NCBI GenBank assembly: GCA_013285805.1
Contig: JABDGY010000002.1
Span: 6,011-70,010 of the forward strand
Length of the DNA: 64,000 bases
Direction: 5' to 3'
Origin: Bacteroidota bacterium
GTDB taxonomy: Bacteria; Bacteroidota; Bacteroidia; JABEUT01
A program made the translations under genes and the position numbers. Shown here in pieces: positions 20,412 through 31,665 of the stretch. The notes under the pieces were generated by a model, which saw only the letters and a program-made list of their open reading frames with translations, searched no databases and was not told the DNA's origin. Numbering within the stretch: the stretch's first letter is position 1; each line of letters opens with the position of its first letter.

Positions 20412-22391
20412 TTACCTTACTAATCCGACATTACCTTTCTTCTGCACCTTAGTGCCATCATCAAGGGTAGCTTCAACATAATAACCATATACACCCACGT
20501 TCATAGCCTGACCATTGTACCTGCCATCCCAGCCTATATTCCGGTTATTCGATTCAAATACTTTATTACCCCATCTGTCATATACTATAAAATCAAGTTC
20601 TTTGATGCAATTACCTCTTACATATAGAATATCGTTATGTCCATCACCATCAGGTGAGAAAGCGCCGGGAACAAATACTTCGCCGCAAATGTCTTCTACA
20701 TGTATTGTTACCGTATCGTCAGTTTTACACCCATTGCTATCAATTACAAATAATGTGTAGGTAGTTGTTGTTGTAGGGCTGGCCACAGGGTCAGGACAGT
20801 TATCGCAACTTAATGATGAAGTCGGTACCCACATATAACTATCTCCTGAAGGCCCGCTTCCGGTTATGGGAGCGCTATTACCAATAAGTATGGTTGTTGC
20901 TCCTGACGCGGTTACTCCGGTAGGGTTAGGGTTAACTATAACCTGTTCACTATCTTTAACTGAGCAGGCTCCGTTGAATACTGTAACTACATAAGTTGTC
21001 GAAGATCCCGGGGTAGCAGCAGGATCAGATATGCTGTCCTGGTTCACGGTGGCAGATGGAGACCAACTGTAACTGCTTCCGCCTGAAGCCGATAACACAG
21101 CATAACCACCCTTGCATATTTTCTGTGTGCCTCCTACTGCGGCTACAGGCATAGTATCCACCTTCACCGCTATATTTGTGGTATCGGTACATCCTATTGA
21201 ATCTTTACCCACCACACTATATGTAGTGGAAGCTGAAGGAGTTCCGGTTGTAACAGAACATGTATTGCAACTTACACCTGTGGAAGGTAACCATGTATAT
21301 GTAGATGCTCCCGTAGCTGAAAGCGAAACGTTACTGCCAATACAAATTTCATTAGGCGAGGAAGTAGCGATAACAGCCGGGCCTGGGCTAACAGTTAGTT
21401 TAACGGTATCGGATGAAGTCATGCCATTACCAATTATACAATAATAGGTATAGCCGCTCATAGAAGTTGTAGCACCTGTTATATTAAGTGTTGGTGTGGT
21501 TGCGCCTGAATATATACCTCCGTTAACCACGTTAACGAATCCGCTGCCGGGGTTAACTTCCCACTGAAAATTCATTCCTATACCTGTATCCACAACAGTA
21601 AGCGAGGTATCGAACAAATTACAGGTAGTAATTGAGTTGGGTTGAACAGTAACCGGTGTAACACCCATTGGGCCGGAATTATCGGCCAATACCCATGAAC
21701 GTAGAAGGTTAGCCGGTGTTATATTACCAGATGATACAGTCTTTAAAACACTGTTATCTGTACCCCAACTGCCATAAAAATCGGCCCAGGTAGCTCCTGT
21801 GGGGTTAAATCGTTGCACAAAAAGGTTCTTTTCGGTTATCGCATTCCCCGGAGCCGTTACTTCACCCATTATATAAGTGAATGTAACATCGGATGTTGGT
21901 TTTGTTGCATAGCTGCCTGCATCTATTATCCAGAACCTGTCCACTGCCTTAGCTGAATTATCAACTACAGTATTTCCATGCATATTAGTTACGCCAGTGG
22001 GCATATACGTTAGGTTATCCCATGTTGGCCCATGATAAGTAGAGAAATTTATAGAACCTGTTGTGTCGCCGGCAGTGGTTACATTCATAGTAACAGGTAT
22101 GTAATTGGTAGTAGAATCACCAAAGGGAACTATATAATTTCCTGCGCTTGAACCTATGTTCCATTTTACCTGGTTAAATTCAGCTTCCGAAATTATCCAC
22201 CCTTGTCCGGGATTTACAATTGCAGTTGCCGAAGGATTATCAATAACAAGCAATGGGCTATTCTCCATAACTATATACGCACTGTCAAACACAATTTGTT
22301 GCTGCGCCTTGGTACATAAAGCAACTAACAGTAGCACAAAAACTGTTACTACTCTAAAGAACAATAATATTATGTGCCTATTTTTTTGCAT
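20412..22391 (-). CDS. T9SS cargo with Ig-like repeats and type B (gliding-associated) CTD
   Basis: C-terminal [16 protein letters not shown]...YDRWG...WDG...KGNVGLVR (TIGR04131-like). Confidence 0.93.
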   Translation of the reverse strand: MQKNRHIILLFFRVVTVFVLLLVALCTKAQQQIVFDSAYIVMENSPLLVIDNPSATAIVNPGQGWIISEAEFNQVKWNIGSSAGNYIVPFGDSTTNYIPVTMNVTTAGDTTGSINFSTYHGPTWDNLTYMPTGVTNMHGNTVVDNSAKAVDRFWIIDAGSYATKPTSDVTFTYIMGEVTAPGNAITEKNLFVQRFNPTGATWADFYGSWGTDNSVLKTVSSGNITPANLLRSWVLADNSGPMGVTPVTVQPNSITTCNLFDTSLTVVDTGIGMNFQWEVNPGSGFVNVVNGGIYSGATTPTLNITGATTSMSGYTYYCIIGNGMTSSDTVKLTVSPGPAVIATSSPNEICIGSNVSLSATGASTYTWLPSTGVSCNTCSVTTGTPSASTTYSVVGKDSIGCTDTTNIAVKVDTMPVAAVGGTQKICKGGYAVLSASGGSSYSWSPSATVNQDSISDPAATPGSSTTYVVTVFNGACSVKDSEQVIVNPNPTGVTASGATTILIGNSAPITGSGPSGDSYMWVPTSSLSCDNCPDPVASPTTTTTYTLFVIDSNGCKTDDTVTIHVEDICGEVFVPGAFSPDGDGHNDILYVRGNCIKELDFIVYDRWGNKVFESNNRNIGWDGRYNGQAMNVGVYGYYVEATLDDGTKVQKKGNVGLVR

Positions 22392-25300
22392 TGGCCTGCG
22401 CTTTTATCAACTGCTGAAGCTCGGCTAATTCTTTCTGATACAAGGCCTGTGAATTAAGCATTGCATTCATTTGTGATTGTAACTGGTCTATCTGTTTCTG
22501 CAGTGAAGCGTTTTGATCCTTCAGTTGTTTGTTTTGCTGCTGAACTGCACTAATTGAATCTACCAGGTTCTTTTCGGTAGAATTTAGTTTCCTGTTTAAT
22601 GCTTGTACACCTGCCAATGCAACGCCCGGCGGGTCAATGGTGGAAATGGTCACGCTATCATCACCAACATGGAACATGCGATAGAAATCCTGTGCCATTG
22701 GGCCAATATGCTGAATTTTACCGGTGTCGGTTTTGTAATTCCAGCGTAGAATCGGAAGTGCGTCTATACGCTTAAGAATATCGGCTCCGTCAAGAACAAC
22801 AAAATTTTCCTTTTTATTCCTGTCAGAGGTATATGTCCATGCAGCAGAGCTGTTCGCAAGCTGGGCATATAAGCCTGATGCGGTTTGTATACTTACTGCG
22901 TATCCGGCAACATAAGGTGCACCATTTATACCGGTAAATGTTACACTGGTATTTCCAAGCTCCATCATATTGTTGTTACTTACAACTGCACCGTTACCTA
23001 CTGCTGTAGCATTTGTAAGGGTACCTGAACTGGCTTGTGCCTGGTAACCTAAAAATGTATTGTTAGAGCCACTGGTATTAGCCGTGCCTGCCGTACCAGC
23101 CTGGTAACCTAATGCGGTATTATTTGAGCCTGTGTTACTTAATAACGAGGACCATCCGATAGAAGTATTATTGCTTCCGGCACTATTATTATTCAACGCT
23201 TCATAACCCAAAGCGGTATTTAATGCCCCGGTAGTATTTGCCTGCAATGCTGATGCACCAACACCTGTATTCTGGTTTCCTGAACTATTAACCTGTAATG
23301 CTTCATATCCAACAGCCGTATTCAGGCTAACTGTTGATGTTACTGCCTCTTTCAAGGCAAAGTAACCCACTGCTGTATTATCTGCCCCGGTTGTATTGTT
23401 GAGTAATGCCTGGTAACCCATTGCAGTATTATTGTTACCACTTGAATTGGTTTGCATTGCCTGGTAACCTAACGCCGCGTTACTGGTTCCTGACGTATTT
23501 GATCCCATGGCTTCGAAACCTACGGCTGCATTATTGCTATTAGTATTTAGTTGAAGGGCACCTGAACCAACAGCAACGTTATCGGCGCCGGTTAAATTTA
23601 CATTAAGGGCCTGGTATCCTATACCTACGTTAGCGGCACCTGAAGTATTCTTATTCAATGCAGTGTGACCAATGGCTATATTCTGGCTACCGGTATTAGC
23701 CTGCAACGTCATATTACCGACAGCTATATTATTAGTACCAGACGTTGCATTCTGCATTGCATTTTCACCTACCGCTACGTTTGCAAAAGCCGTAGTATTC
23801 GATTGTAATGCCGAACGGCCTATAGCAGTATTTCCTAAACCACTAGTATTACTTAATAGGGCCCGGCTACCAACTGCCGTGTTATCATAACCACCTCCAC
23901 TATTATTTGTCAGTGCAAGGTTACCAATTGCCGTATTATTCGAGTCGGAAGTAGCATTCTGGTTGAGCAATGCATTAAAACCAACGGCTGTATTGTTCCA
24001 TCCTGTTGTATTTGCGTCAAGAGCCTGGTACCCCAACGCTGTATTATTTGTACCGGTTGAATTACCCTGCAAGGCGTTGTATCCCACAGCAGTCAAGTTG
24101 TTGGCCGTGGTATTAAACAGTGCGTAATAACCTATTCCTGTATTATTATTTCCGGTTGAACTGTTCAAGGCATTAGAACCGACAGCCGTATTTTGATTAC
24201 CGGTGGAGTTAAGGACAAGAGTGTTATTACCGATAGCTGTATTATCGTGCCCGCTTGTGTTTGTCGTGAGTGCCGTATTCCCTATTGCAGTATTACTTGT
24301 AGCAGTAATAGTCCCGCCTGTCTGGAATCCAAAAAAAGTATTGCCGTTAGCATTATCTATTCTGCCTGAAGCTACATTGTCTACTCTGAAATTAAGAGGT
24401 ACGTTATCGGTGGTACCTATAAAGTTTGTTCCATCAACTGTGCCTGCATTGCCTGTCAGCAACCATGCACTGTCTTTAACATATGAGGCACCTGAACCAC
24501 CTGCAACAGTTGTCCATTGCGGAGCAACACCAGGGCCTTTTGAAGTAAGTACCTGACCAGATGTACCAGCCTGGTAAGCTGCAGTATAATAAGGCATTAA
24601 TGCACCAGCGAATTTTACAGCAATAGGCGCCCTGGCCCCAGCACTGTCTCCCAAATAAATTTGATTAGACAATGATTTATTAGATATACCCGCTTCATAT
24701 CCAAGGTAAACGTTGTTTACTCCTATTGTATTATTATAACCAGCACTATCGCCAACAAACGTATTAAAACTACCAGTAGTGTTATCGTTACCTGCACTAT
24801 TACCCAATGCAGTTATTCCTGTACCTGTTGAAGTATTAAAACCTGCATTATAGCCAACATAAGTGCTATACCAGCCTGTACTATTAGTAAAGCCAGACCC
24901 TACACCGACTGAAGTATTATAACTTCCTGTTGTATTATAATAAAGAACATAGGCACCTAAACCCGTATTTTGAATACCGGTAGTATTTGCAAGCATATTA
25001 ATATTCCCAATCGCTGTATTATGATATCCCGTTGTATTAACCGGCAAGGCTAAATACCCGACAGCGGTATTGGAGTACCCAGTAGTATTTGCAGGTAAAG
25101 CATTATAACCAATTCCTGTATTGCTTGAACCGGTAGTATTACTCTTACCATTTTGATATCCATAAAATGTATTATTATTACCTGCATAGTCTATCCACCC
25201 TGACGTTTGTCCATTCACTTTAATTTGCAATGCTTCACCATCGTTAGTTCCAATCCAATTATTTGTTGGGTTAGTACCAGAATTACCTGTCAGCAACCAT

Positions 25301-28300
25301 GCACTATCTTTAACATATGAAGTGGTCAAACTGGTTGTCCATTGGGGTGCCACACCCGGCCCCTTAGAGGTTAATACCTGTCCAGATGTACCAGCCTGGT
25401 AAGCTGCAGTATAATAAGGCATTAATGCACCGTTAAATTCAAATTGGGTAACAGAATTGTTTCCCATAGTCATTGTATTGCTGGTAGAAACAGAAGCATT
25501 ATATCCCACAGCTGTTGCATTATTTAATGCGGCCGATGCTACATTAGCTCCGGAACCGATGGCTGTATTCTGGGTTCCGGAAGTGTTTGTACTTAATGCA
25601 TTATCACCCACTGATACATTATTGCTTCCTGTTGTATTTGCTTTTAATGACTGGTAGCCAACTGCGGTGTTGGGTGTTCCGGTTGTATTCACATTTAAAG
25701 CCTGGTAGCCAACTCCTGTATTATTAGAAGCACTGTTATTATAAAGCGCCTCATATCCTGCAGCGGTATTGTCGGCTCCAGTGGTGTTTGCATTAAGAGC
25801 ACCCTGACCGAATGCAGAATTATCACTTCCTGAAGTATTCGCAAAAAGCGAAACCATGCCGTTGGCAGTATTGTTTATACCCGTGGTATTTGAATTACCC
25901 GATTCGTATCCGAAGAAAGTATTTGCAAGGGTATTATCTATTCTACCTGATTTCTGGTTGTTAACTCTAATGTTGAAAGGAACATTATTTGTAGTACCAA
26001 TAAAATTAGTCCCGTCAACCGTATTTGAATTACCTAATAATAACCATGCACTGTCTTTTATATCACCAGGGCCAGTAGGACCAGTAGCTCCATTTGTTCC
26101 TGCTGTGCCGGTTGAGCCTGTAACTCCAGTTGCGCCCGTTGCGCCATTTGTTCCTGCTGTGCCGGTTGAACCTGTTGCGCCTGTGGCACCCGTTGCCCCG
26201 TTAGTACCCGCTGTGCCGGTTGAACCTGTTGCGCCAGTGGCGCCTGCTGTTCCGGTTGAACCTGTTACACCAGTTGCGCCTGTGGCTCCATTACTACCTG
26301 CTGTGCCAGTTGAACCCGTAACACCTGTTGCTCCTGTGGCTCCATTACTACCTGCTGTGCCAGTTGAACCCGTAACACCTGTTGCTCCTGTAGCCCCTGT
26401 AGTTCCATTAGTTCCTGCTGTGCCGGTTGCGCCCGTTACGCCAGTGGCACCCGTTGCTCCATTACTACCTGCTGTGCCAGTTGAACCCGTAACACCTGTT
26501 GCTCCGGTGGCTCCATTTGTTCCCGCTGTGCCTGTTGAGCCTGTGGCTCCTGTAGCACCGGTTGCTCCGTTTGTTCCTGCTGTGCCTGTTGAGCCTGTTA
26601 CGCCTGTGGCTCCTGTAGCTCCATTAGTACCTGCTGTGCCCGTTGAGCCTGTGGCTCCTGTAGCACCGGTTGCTCCATTTGTTCCTGCTGTGCCTGTTGA
26701 GCCTGTTGCACCAGTTGCTCCTGTTGTTCCTATTCCGGTTGGACCGGTTGTTCCATCTGCTCCCGTGGGGCCCGTTACTCCATTAGTACCTGCAACACCT
26801 GTTGAGCCTGTTGCACCGGTTGCTCCTGTTGTTCCTATTCCGGTTGGACCCGTTATTCCATCGGCTCCTGTAGGGCCAGTTACTCCATTCGTTCCCGCTA
26901 CGCCTGTTGCACCGGTTGCGCCAGTAGCTCCTGTTGTTCCTATTCCGGTTGGACCGGTTGTTCCATCAGCTCCCGTGGGGCCCGTTACTCCATTAGTACC
27001 TGCAACACCTGTTGAGCCTGTTGCACCGGTTGCTCCTGTTGTTCCTATTCCGGTTGGACCGGTTGTTCCATCAGCTCCCGTGGGGCCTGTTACTCCATTG
27101 GTTCCTGCTATGCCTGTTGCTCCGGTAGCTCCTGTTGTTCCTATTCCGGTTGGACCGGTTGTTCCATTAGCACCTGTGGGGCCCGTTACTCCATCAGTAC
27201 CTGCAACACCTGTTGAGCCTGTTGCGCCAGTAGCTCCTGTTGTTCCTATTCCGGTTGGACCGGTTGTTCCATCTGCTCCCGTAGGGCCTGTTACTCCATT
27301 AGTACCCGCTACACCTGTTGCTCCTGTTGCACCGGTTACTCCATTTGCCCCGGCAGTTCCAGTTGCACCGGTGGCGCCAACCGCATAACCTGCATTTATT
27401 GTTGTTGAATTAGATAAACCTATATATAATGAATCATTAGTAATAGTAGCAGAAATTACATACAAGCCCGTTGCTCCTGTTACGCCGTTAGTACCTGCAA
27501 TACCTGTTGCTCCTGTAGCTCCATTTGTTCCAGCAGTTCCCGTTGGACCGGTCACTCCGTCAGCTCCTGTGGGGCCTGTTACTCCATTAGTACCCACTAC
27601 ACCTGTTGCTCCTGTTGTACCGGTTACTCCATTTGCCCCGGCAGTTCCAGTTGCACCGGTGGCGCCAACCGCATAACCTGCATTTATTGTTGTTGAATTA
27701 GATAAACCTATATATAATGAATCATTAGTAATAGTAGCAGAAATTACATACAAGCCCGTTGCTCCTGTTACGCCGTTAGTACCTGCAATACCTGTTGCTC
27801 CTGTAGCTCCATTTGTTCCAGCAGTTCCCGTTGGACCGGTCACTCCGTCAGCTCCTGTGGGGCCAGTTACTCCATTAGTTCCCGCAACACCTGTTGCACC
27901 AGTCGCACCCGTTGTTCCTATTCCAGTTGGACCTGTTATTCCATCAACACCTGTGGGGCCGGTTACTCCATTTGTTCCGGCAATGCCAGTTGCACCAGTC
28001 GGGCCGGTTGCTCCAGTCGTTCCTATTCCTGTCGGACCCGTTATTCCATCAGCTCCCGTAGGGCCGGTTGCTCCATTAGAGCCAGCTACTCCGGTTGCAC
28101 CAGTCGCTCCGGTAGGGCCTATAACATAACCCACATTAATTTGCGTACCGTTGGAAAACGATATATATAAGGAATCACTTATAACACTAACACCAGTTAT
28201 ACTTATACCAGTTGGGCCTGTAACTCCTGTAGTTCCTGCAATACCTGTGGTTCCCATAGCACCTGTTGCTCCGGTTGGGCCTGCAGGACCTGCAGTAGTG

Positions 28301-28872
28301 TCAGCCGGACCTGTTACTCCGGTTGCACCTATAGCACCTGTTGTGCCGGTAGCTCCATTTATACCGGCAACCCCGGTAGCACCCGTAGCACCTGTGGGGC
28401 CTAGAACGTAACCTGCATTCAATATTGTACCATTAGTCAGGGAAATAAACAGCGAATCGCTGGCTACTGACATGCTCGCTATACCTACACCTGTCGGGCC
28501 TGTTGGACCAGTAGCGCCCGTCGGACCGGTTGGGCCTGCCGCTCCGATTCCCGTTACAAAAATTGCCCACTCTGCTCCGTCCCAATAATAATATCCGGGT
28601 ACCACATTGAAGGGTATTACACCTGCTGTATTTGTATTGTAAACAATTAAGCCTGTGGCAGGCGCTATTACAGGAGCAGCAACATTGGTAGCCGTAAGCG
28701 CTACCTGGGGAGCAAGAAATCCTAATGTACCGCTGTTACCCGTATTTAAGTCAAGTACGGCCGATGCATTCGGCTTAGCACCCGTTTTATTTATACCTAT
28801 ATTTTGGGCCTGAACTGAGCCAAGAACAAGGAAAAGAAGAGAAAAAAAAAGTAAATTTCTTTTTAAAATCAT
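22378..28872 (-). CDS. collagen-like surface fibre with beta-helix head modules and C-terminal peptidase S74 intramolecular chaperone
   Basis: Signal peptide, about 800 aa of G-X-T/N triplets, three KDSAWLL.GN + (NTA.G..AL)n modules, SDRNKK and [10 protein letters not shown]74 motifs, terminal coiled coil. Confidence 0.9.
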   Translation of the reverse strand: MILKRNLLFFSLLFLVLGSVQAQNIGINKTGAKPNASAVLDLNTGNSGTLGFLAPQVALTATNVAAPVIAPATGLIVYNTNTAGVIPFNVVPGYYYWDGAEWAIFVTGIGAAGPTGPTGATGPTGPTGVGIASMSVASDSLFISLTNGTILNAGYVLGPTGATGATGVAGINGATGTTGAIGATGVTGPADTTAGPAGPTGATGAMGTTGIAGTTGVTGPTGISITGVSVISDSLYISFSNGTQINVGYVIGPTGATGATGVAGSNGATGPTGADGITGPTGIGTTGATGPTGATGIAGTNGVTGPTGVDGITGPTGIGTTGATGATGVAGTNGVTGPTGADGVTGPTGTAGTNGATGATGIAGTNGVTGATGLYVISATITNDSLYIGLSNSTTINAGYAVGATGATGTAGANGVTGTTGATGVVGTNGVTGPTGADGVTGPTGTAGTNGATGATGIAGTNGVTGATGLYVISATITNDSLYIGLSNSTTINAGYAVGATGATGTAGANGVTGATGATGVAGTNGVTGPTGADGTTGPTGIGTTGATGATGSTGVAGTDGVTGPTGANGTTGPTGIGTTGATGATGIAGTNGVTGPTGADGTTGPTGIGTTGATGATGSTGVAGTNGVTGPTGADGTTGPTGIGTTGATGATGATGVAGTNGVTGPTGADGITGPTGIGTTGATGATGSTGVAGTNGVTGPTGADGTTGPTGIGTTGATGATGSTGTAGTNGATGATGATGSTGTAGTNGATGATGVTGSTGTAGTNGATGATGATGSTGTAGTNGATGATGVTGSTGTAGSNGATGATGVTGATGTAGTNGTTGATGATGVTGSTGTAGSNGATGATGVTGSTGTAGSNGATGATGVTGSTGTAGATGATGSTGTAGTNGATGATGATGSTGTAGTNGATGATGVTGSTGTAGTNGATGPTGPGDIKDSAWLLLGNSNTVDGTNFIGTTNNVPFNIRVNNQKSGRIDNTLANTFFGYESGNSNTTGINNTANGMVSLFANTSGSDNSAFGQGALNANTTGADNTAAGYEALYNNSASNNTGVGYQALNVNTTGTPNTAVGYQSLKANTTGSNNVSVGDNALSTNTSGTQNTAIGSGANVASAALNNATAVGYNASVSTSNTMTMGNNSVTQFEFNGALMPYYTAAYQAGTSGQVLTSKGPGVAPQWTTSLTTSYVKDSAWLLTGNSGTNPTNNWIGTNDGEALQIKVNGQTSGWIDYAGNNNTFYGYQNGKSNTTGSSNTGIGYNALPANTTGYSNTAVGYLALPVNTTGYHNTAIGNINMLANTTGIQNTGLGAYVLYYNTTGSYNTSVGVGSGFTNSTGWYSTYVGYNAGFNTSTGTGITALGNSAGNDNTTGSFNTFVGDSAGYNNTIGVNNVYLGYEAGISNKSLSNQIYLGDSAGARAPIAVKFAGALMPYYTAAYQAGTSGQVLTSKGPGVAPQWTTVAGGSGASYVKDSAWLLTGNAGTVDGTNFIGTTDNVPLNFRVDNVASGRIDNANGNTFFGFQTGGTITATSNTAIGNTALTTNTSGHDNTAIGNNTLVLNSTGNQNTAVGSNALNSSTGNNNTGIGYYALFNTTANNLTAVGYNALQGNSTGTNNTALGYQALDANTTGWNNTAVGFNALLNQNATSDSNNTAIGNLALTNNSGGGYDNTAVGSRALLSNTSGLGNTAIGRSALQSNTTAFANVAVGENAMQNATSGTNNIAVGNMTLQANTGSQNIAIGHTALNKNTSGAANVGIGYQALNVNLTGADNVAVGSGALQLNTNSNNAAVGFEAMGSNTSGTSNAALGYQAMQTNSSGNNNTAMGYQALLNNTTGADNTAVGYFALKEAVTSTVSLNTAVGYEALQVNSSGNQNTGVGASALQANTTGALNTALGYEALNNNSAGSNNTSIGWSSLLSNTGSNNTALGYQAGTAGTANTSGSNNTFLGYQAQASSGTLTNATAVGNGAVVSNNNMMELGNTSVTFTGINGAPYVAGYAVSIQTASGLYAQLANSSAAWTYTSDRNKKENFVVLDGADILKRIDALPILRWNYKTDTGKIQHIGPMAQDFYRMFHVGDDSVTISTIDPPGVALAGVQALNRKLNSTEKNLVDSISAVQQQNKQLKDQNASLQKQIDQLQSQMNAMLNSQALYQKELAELQQLIKAQANAKK
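27284..27864. repeat. 288-bp tandem duplication inside the collagen region
   Basis: 27331-27576 reads identical to 27619-27864; the flanks are near-identical. Confidence 0.9.
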
Positions 28873-29020
28873 TTATACTATTGTTGATCCCCTTTAATCT
28901 ATTCTGCAATGTTTTTCAAGAAAAAACATTAAAAACTCTTATTACTGTCAACAATTACAAGGTGTTGAGACCTCATGAATGTGCTCATTTTCACTTATTT
29001 TACTTGGGGTAATTACAAGG

Positions 29021-29122
29021 CGCAAGTATAGATTTTACCCCTTTATTTAATGTTATGTGAGTATTAACTTTCAGAGCTTGAATATGAACCAAGTATTATC
29101 AAAATCTGTAGGACTTCTGTAG
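29021..29122 (-). promoter_or_regulatory. variant promoter (TATACTTGCG) + TGTTAT/TATTAA hexamers + TCTGTAG direct repeat
   Basis: -7 element 29023-29030; hexamers 29051 and 29062; TCTGTAG at 29105 and 29116. Confidence 0.7.
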
Positions 29123-29292
29123 TAATTACGAATTCCATTCATACACTTCATAGAAACAAGCTTATAACCACTTCACAATTTCACCCAACTATTTACATAT
29201 CATTAAGTTATACCTTTCTATTTACAAAATAGCAATTCTCTTGATTTTTGTACCTTTGCGGCCCAAAATACATGGGTAATAAAATTATATTT

Positions 29293-31449
29293 ATGAAAAA
29301 GGTCTATATTTCATTTTTAGCTTTAATAATAATGGTAACTTCCTGCAACAATAACTCGAAACAAAAAGATAGTGCCTCCACTGGTCTTTCACCCGATAAT
29401 CCTTTTGCCAAAGCCAGTACCCTACCCTTTGAGGCACCAGACTTTAGCAAGATAAAAGACAGTAATTTCAAACCCGCGTTAGAAGCAGGAATTAAGGAAC
29501 AGCTTGATGAAATGAATAGGATAGCTGAGAACCCAGATGCACCTACCTTTGAAAATACAATGGTTGCTATGGAGAAAACAGGGCAACTGCTGCATAGGGT
29601 TAATAATGTTTTCAATCTGCTAAGCGGGGCCAACACTGACCCTGAACTGCAAAAACTATCGGAGGAAATTGCACCGGAATTGGCGGCAGAAAATGATGCC
29701 ATTTATCTTAACGATAAACTATTCAAAAGAGTTGAAGCTATTTATAATCAGAAAGCCCAACTGAAACTTGACCCTGAATCGGACAGACTGGTAGAATTCT
29801 ATTACCAGAAATTTGTGCTTTCGGGCGCCAAATTGCCTGATAAAGCCAAAGACAGTTTAAAAAAACTTAATAAAGAAGAAGCGATGCTTGGCGCCAAGTT
29901 TACAAACCAGTTACTGGCCGCTGCTAAATCAGGGGCACTGGTGGTTGATAGTAAAGACGCATTGGCCGGACTTTCTGATGGAGAAATAGATGCTGCCGCT
30001 TTGGCAGCAAAAAATGCTAACCAGGAAGGTAAATGGCTAATCCCTATACGAAATACTACGCAGCAACCCGCGTTACAGTCGTTGAACGTAAGGGCTACCC
30101 GCCAGAAATTATTTGAAGCCTCATGGAATCGCGCTGAAAAAGGAGATTCGAATGATACGCGCCCTACTATTTTACGGATTGCCGCTATTCGCGCGCAAAA
30201 AGCTAAACTTCTTGGATTCCCCAACTATGCTGCGTGGAAGTTAATGGACCAGATGGCAAAAAAACCTGAAGCAGTTGAAAAATTTATAAGCGACCTGGTG
30301 CCTGCTGTAACCGCAAAGGCTAAAATAGAAGCGTCCGACATACAAAAAGTTATAGACCAGCAAAACAAAGGCAATGATAAATTCAAGCTGCAGCCATGTG
30401 ACTGGAATTACTATGCGGAACAGGTTCGCAAAGCAAGGTTCGACCTTGATGAGAGCGAGGTAAAACCTTACTTTGAAATAAATAATGTACTTCAGAATGG
30501 TATTTTTTATGCAGCAAATAAGCTTTACGGGCTTACTTTTAAAGAACGCAAAGACCTTCCGGTATATGATAAGGATGTAAGAGTTTTTGAGGTTTTCGAT
30601 AAGGATGGAACTTCAATGGCATTATTCTACTGCGACTATTTCAAGCGCGATAATAAGAATGGCGGCGCATGGATGGATATAATGATGGGGCAATCGAAAT
30701 TACTTGGCACAAAACCTGTGGTATACAACATTTGCAATTTCACAAAACCTGCCGATGGGCAACCTGCATTAATCAGTTTCGATGACGTAACTACTATGTT
30801 CCATGAATTTGGCCATGCCCTCCATGGAATGTTTGCCGCTGAGCAATACCTTAGTCTTTCAGGCACTGCCACCGCTCGCGATTTTGTTGAATTCCCTTCA
30901 CAGTTTAATGAACATTGGGCATCGGACACAGCGGTATTCCGTAATTACGCAAAACATTATAAAACGGGTGAACCTATGCCCCAGGCCCTTGTAGATAAAA
31001 TAAAGAAAGCAGCTACTTTCAACCAGGGCTACAGCCTTATGGAAATAATTGCTGCTGCCGACCTTGATATGCAATGGCACGAAATATCGGCAGACAGTAA
31101 TGTAACTGACGTTGACAAGTTTGAATCGGCAGCGCTTGCCAAAACGCATCTTAATATGCATGAAGTGCCTACGCGCTACCGTTCCAGTTATTTCCTGCAT
31201 ATATGGAGTAATGGTTATGCAGCAGGCTATTATGCCTATTCATGGACTGAAATGCTTGCCGATGATGCGTTTAGCTGGTTTGAAGAGCATGGAGGCCTAA
31301 CACGTGAAAACGGACAGCGTTTCCGCGATATGATTCTTTCCAGGGGTAACACAGAAGACCTTGCAACTATGTACCGCAATTTCCGTGGCAGAGCCCCTGA
31401 AATTACCTCAATGGCAAAGAAGCGTGGCCTTACTGAAGGTAAAAACTAA
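29293..31449 (+). CDS. dcp: M3-family peptidyl-dipeptidase, lipoprotein
   Basis: FHEFGHALHG zinc motif, RDFVEFPSQFNE, GGAWM, YAAGYY.Y.W; lipobox VTSC. Start taken at ATG 29293, after TACCTTTG at 29251-29258. Confidence 0.93.
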   Translation: MKKVYISFLALIIMVTSCNNNSKQKDSASTGLSPDNPFAKASTLPFEAPDFSKIKDSNFKPALEAGIKEQLDEMNRIAENPDAPTFENTMVAMEKTGQLLHRVNNVFNLLSGANTDPELQKLSEEIAPELAAENDAIYLNDKLFKRVEAIYNQKAQLKLDPESDRLVEFYYQKFVLSGAKLPDKAKDSLKKLNKEEAMLGAKFTNQLLAAAKSGALVVDSKDALAGLSDGEIDAAALAAKNANQEGKWLIPIRNTTQQPALQSLNVRATRQKLFEASWNRAEKGDSNDTRPTILRIAAIRAQKAKLLGFPNYAAWKLMDQMAKKPEAVEKFISDLVPAVTAKAKIEASDIQKVIDQQNKGNDKFKLQPCDWNYYAEQVRKARFDLDESEVKPYFEINNVLQNGIFYAANKLYGLTFKERKDLPVYDKDVRVFEVFDKDGTSMALFYCDYFKRDNKNGGAWMDIMMGQSKLLGTKPVVYNICNFTKPADGQPALISFDDVTTMFHEFGHALHGMFAAEQYLSLSGTATARDFVEFPSQFNEHWASDTAVFRNYAKHYKTGEPMPQALVDKIKKAATFNQGYSLMEIIAAADLDMQWHEISADSNVTDVDKFESAALAKTHLNMHEVPTRYRSSYFLHIWSNGYAAGYYAYSWTEMLADDAFSWFEEHGGLTRENGQRFRDMILSRGNTEDLATMYRNFRGRAPEITSMAKKRGLTEGKN

Positions 31450-31462
31450 TCTTAAGAACACG

Positions 31463-31490
31463 TTTATTTTTCCCTTATAGGGGAAATAAA
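31463..31490. terminator. putative intrinsic terminator after dcp
   Basis: Hairpin TTTATTTTTCCCT-TAT-AGGGGAAATAAA. Confidence 0.5.
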
Positions 31491-31665
31491 GTGCAATTAA
31501 TTCTGTTCATGGTCGTCTAATCTTTTACACGATTGATTTAATGTACTTTAACTGAATACATAACCAGCATATATATCATAAACTTTACGGCTTAGAAAGA
31601 AAACAAATATTATTGTCCGAATCGAAAGATGTTATTACTTTTGCTTCGTTCCATCACAAAAGAAA

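Noticed and set aside
25856..28411. + strand ORFs rich in PVAPV (510, 90 and 86 aa)
   Set aside because: Antisense shadows of the G-X-T collagen codons; no independent coding signal.
28842..28850. A9 tract near the fibre gene start as a phase-variation switch
   Set aside because: A/T runs of 8-9 are common in this AT-rich window and the frame is intact.
22378..28872. Prophage tail-fibre gene
   Set aside because: It has a Sec signal peptide, sits in a T9SS operon and has no phage neighbours.
29143..29175. CACTTCA direct repeat (25-bp period) upstream of dcp
   Set aside because: Short, seen once and with atypical spacing.
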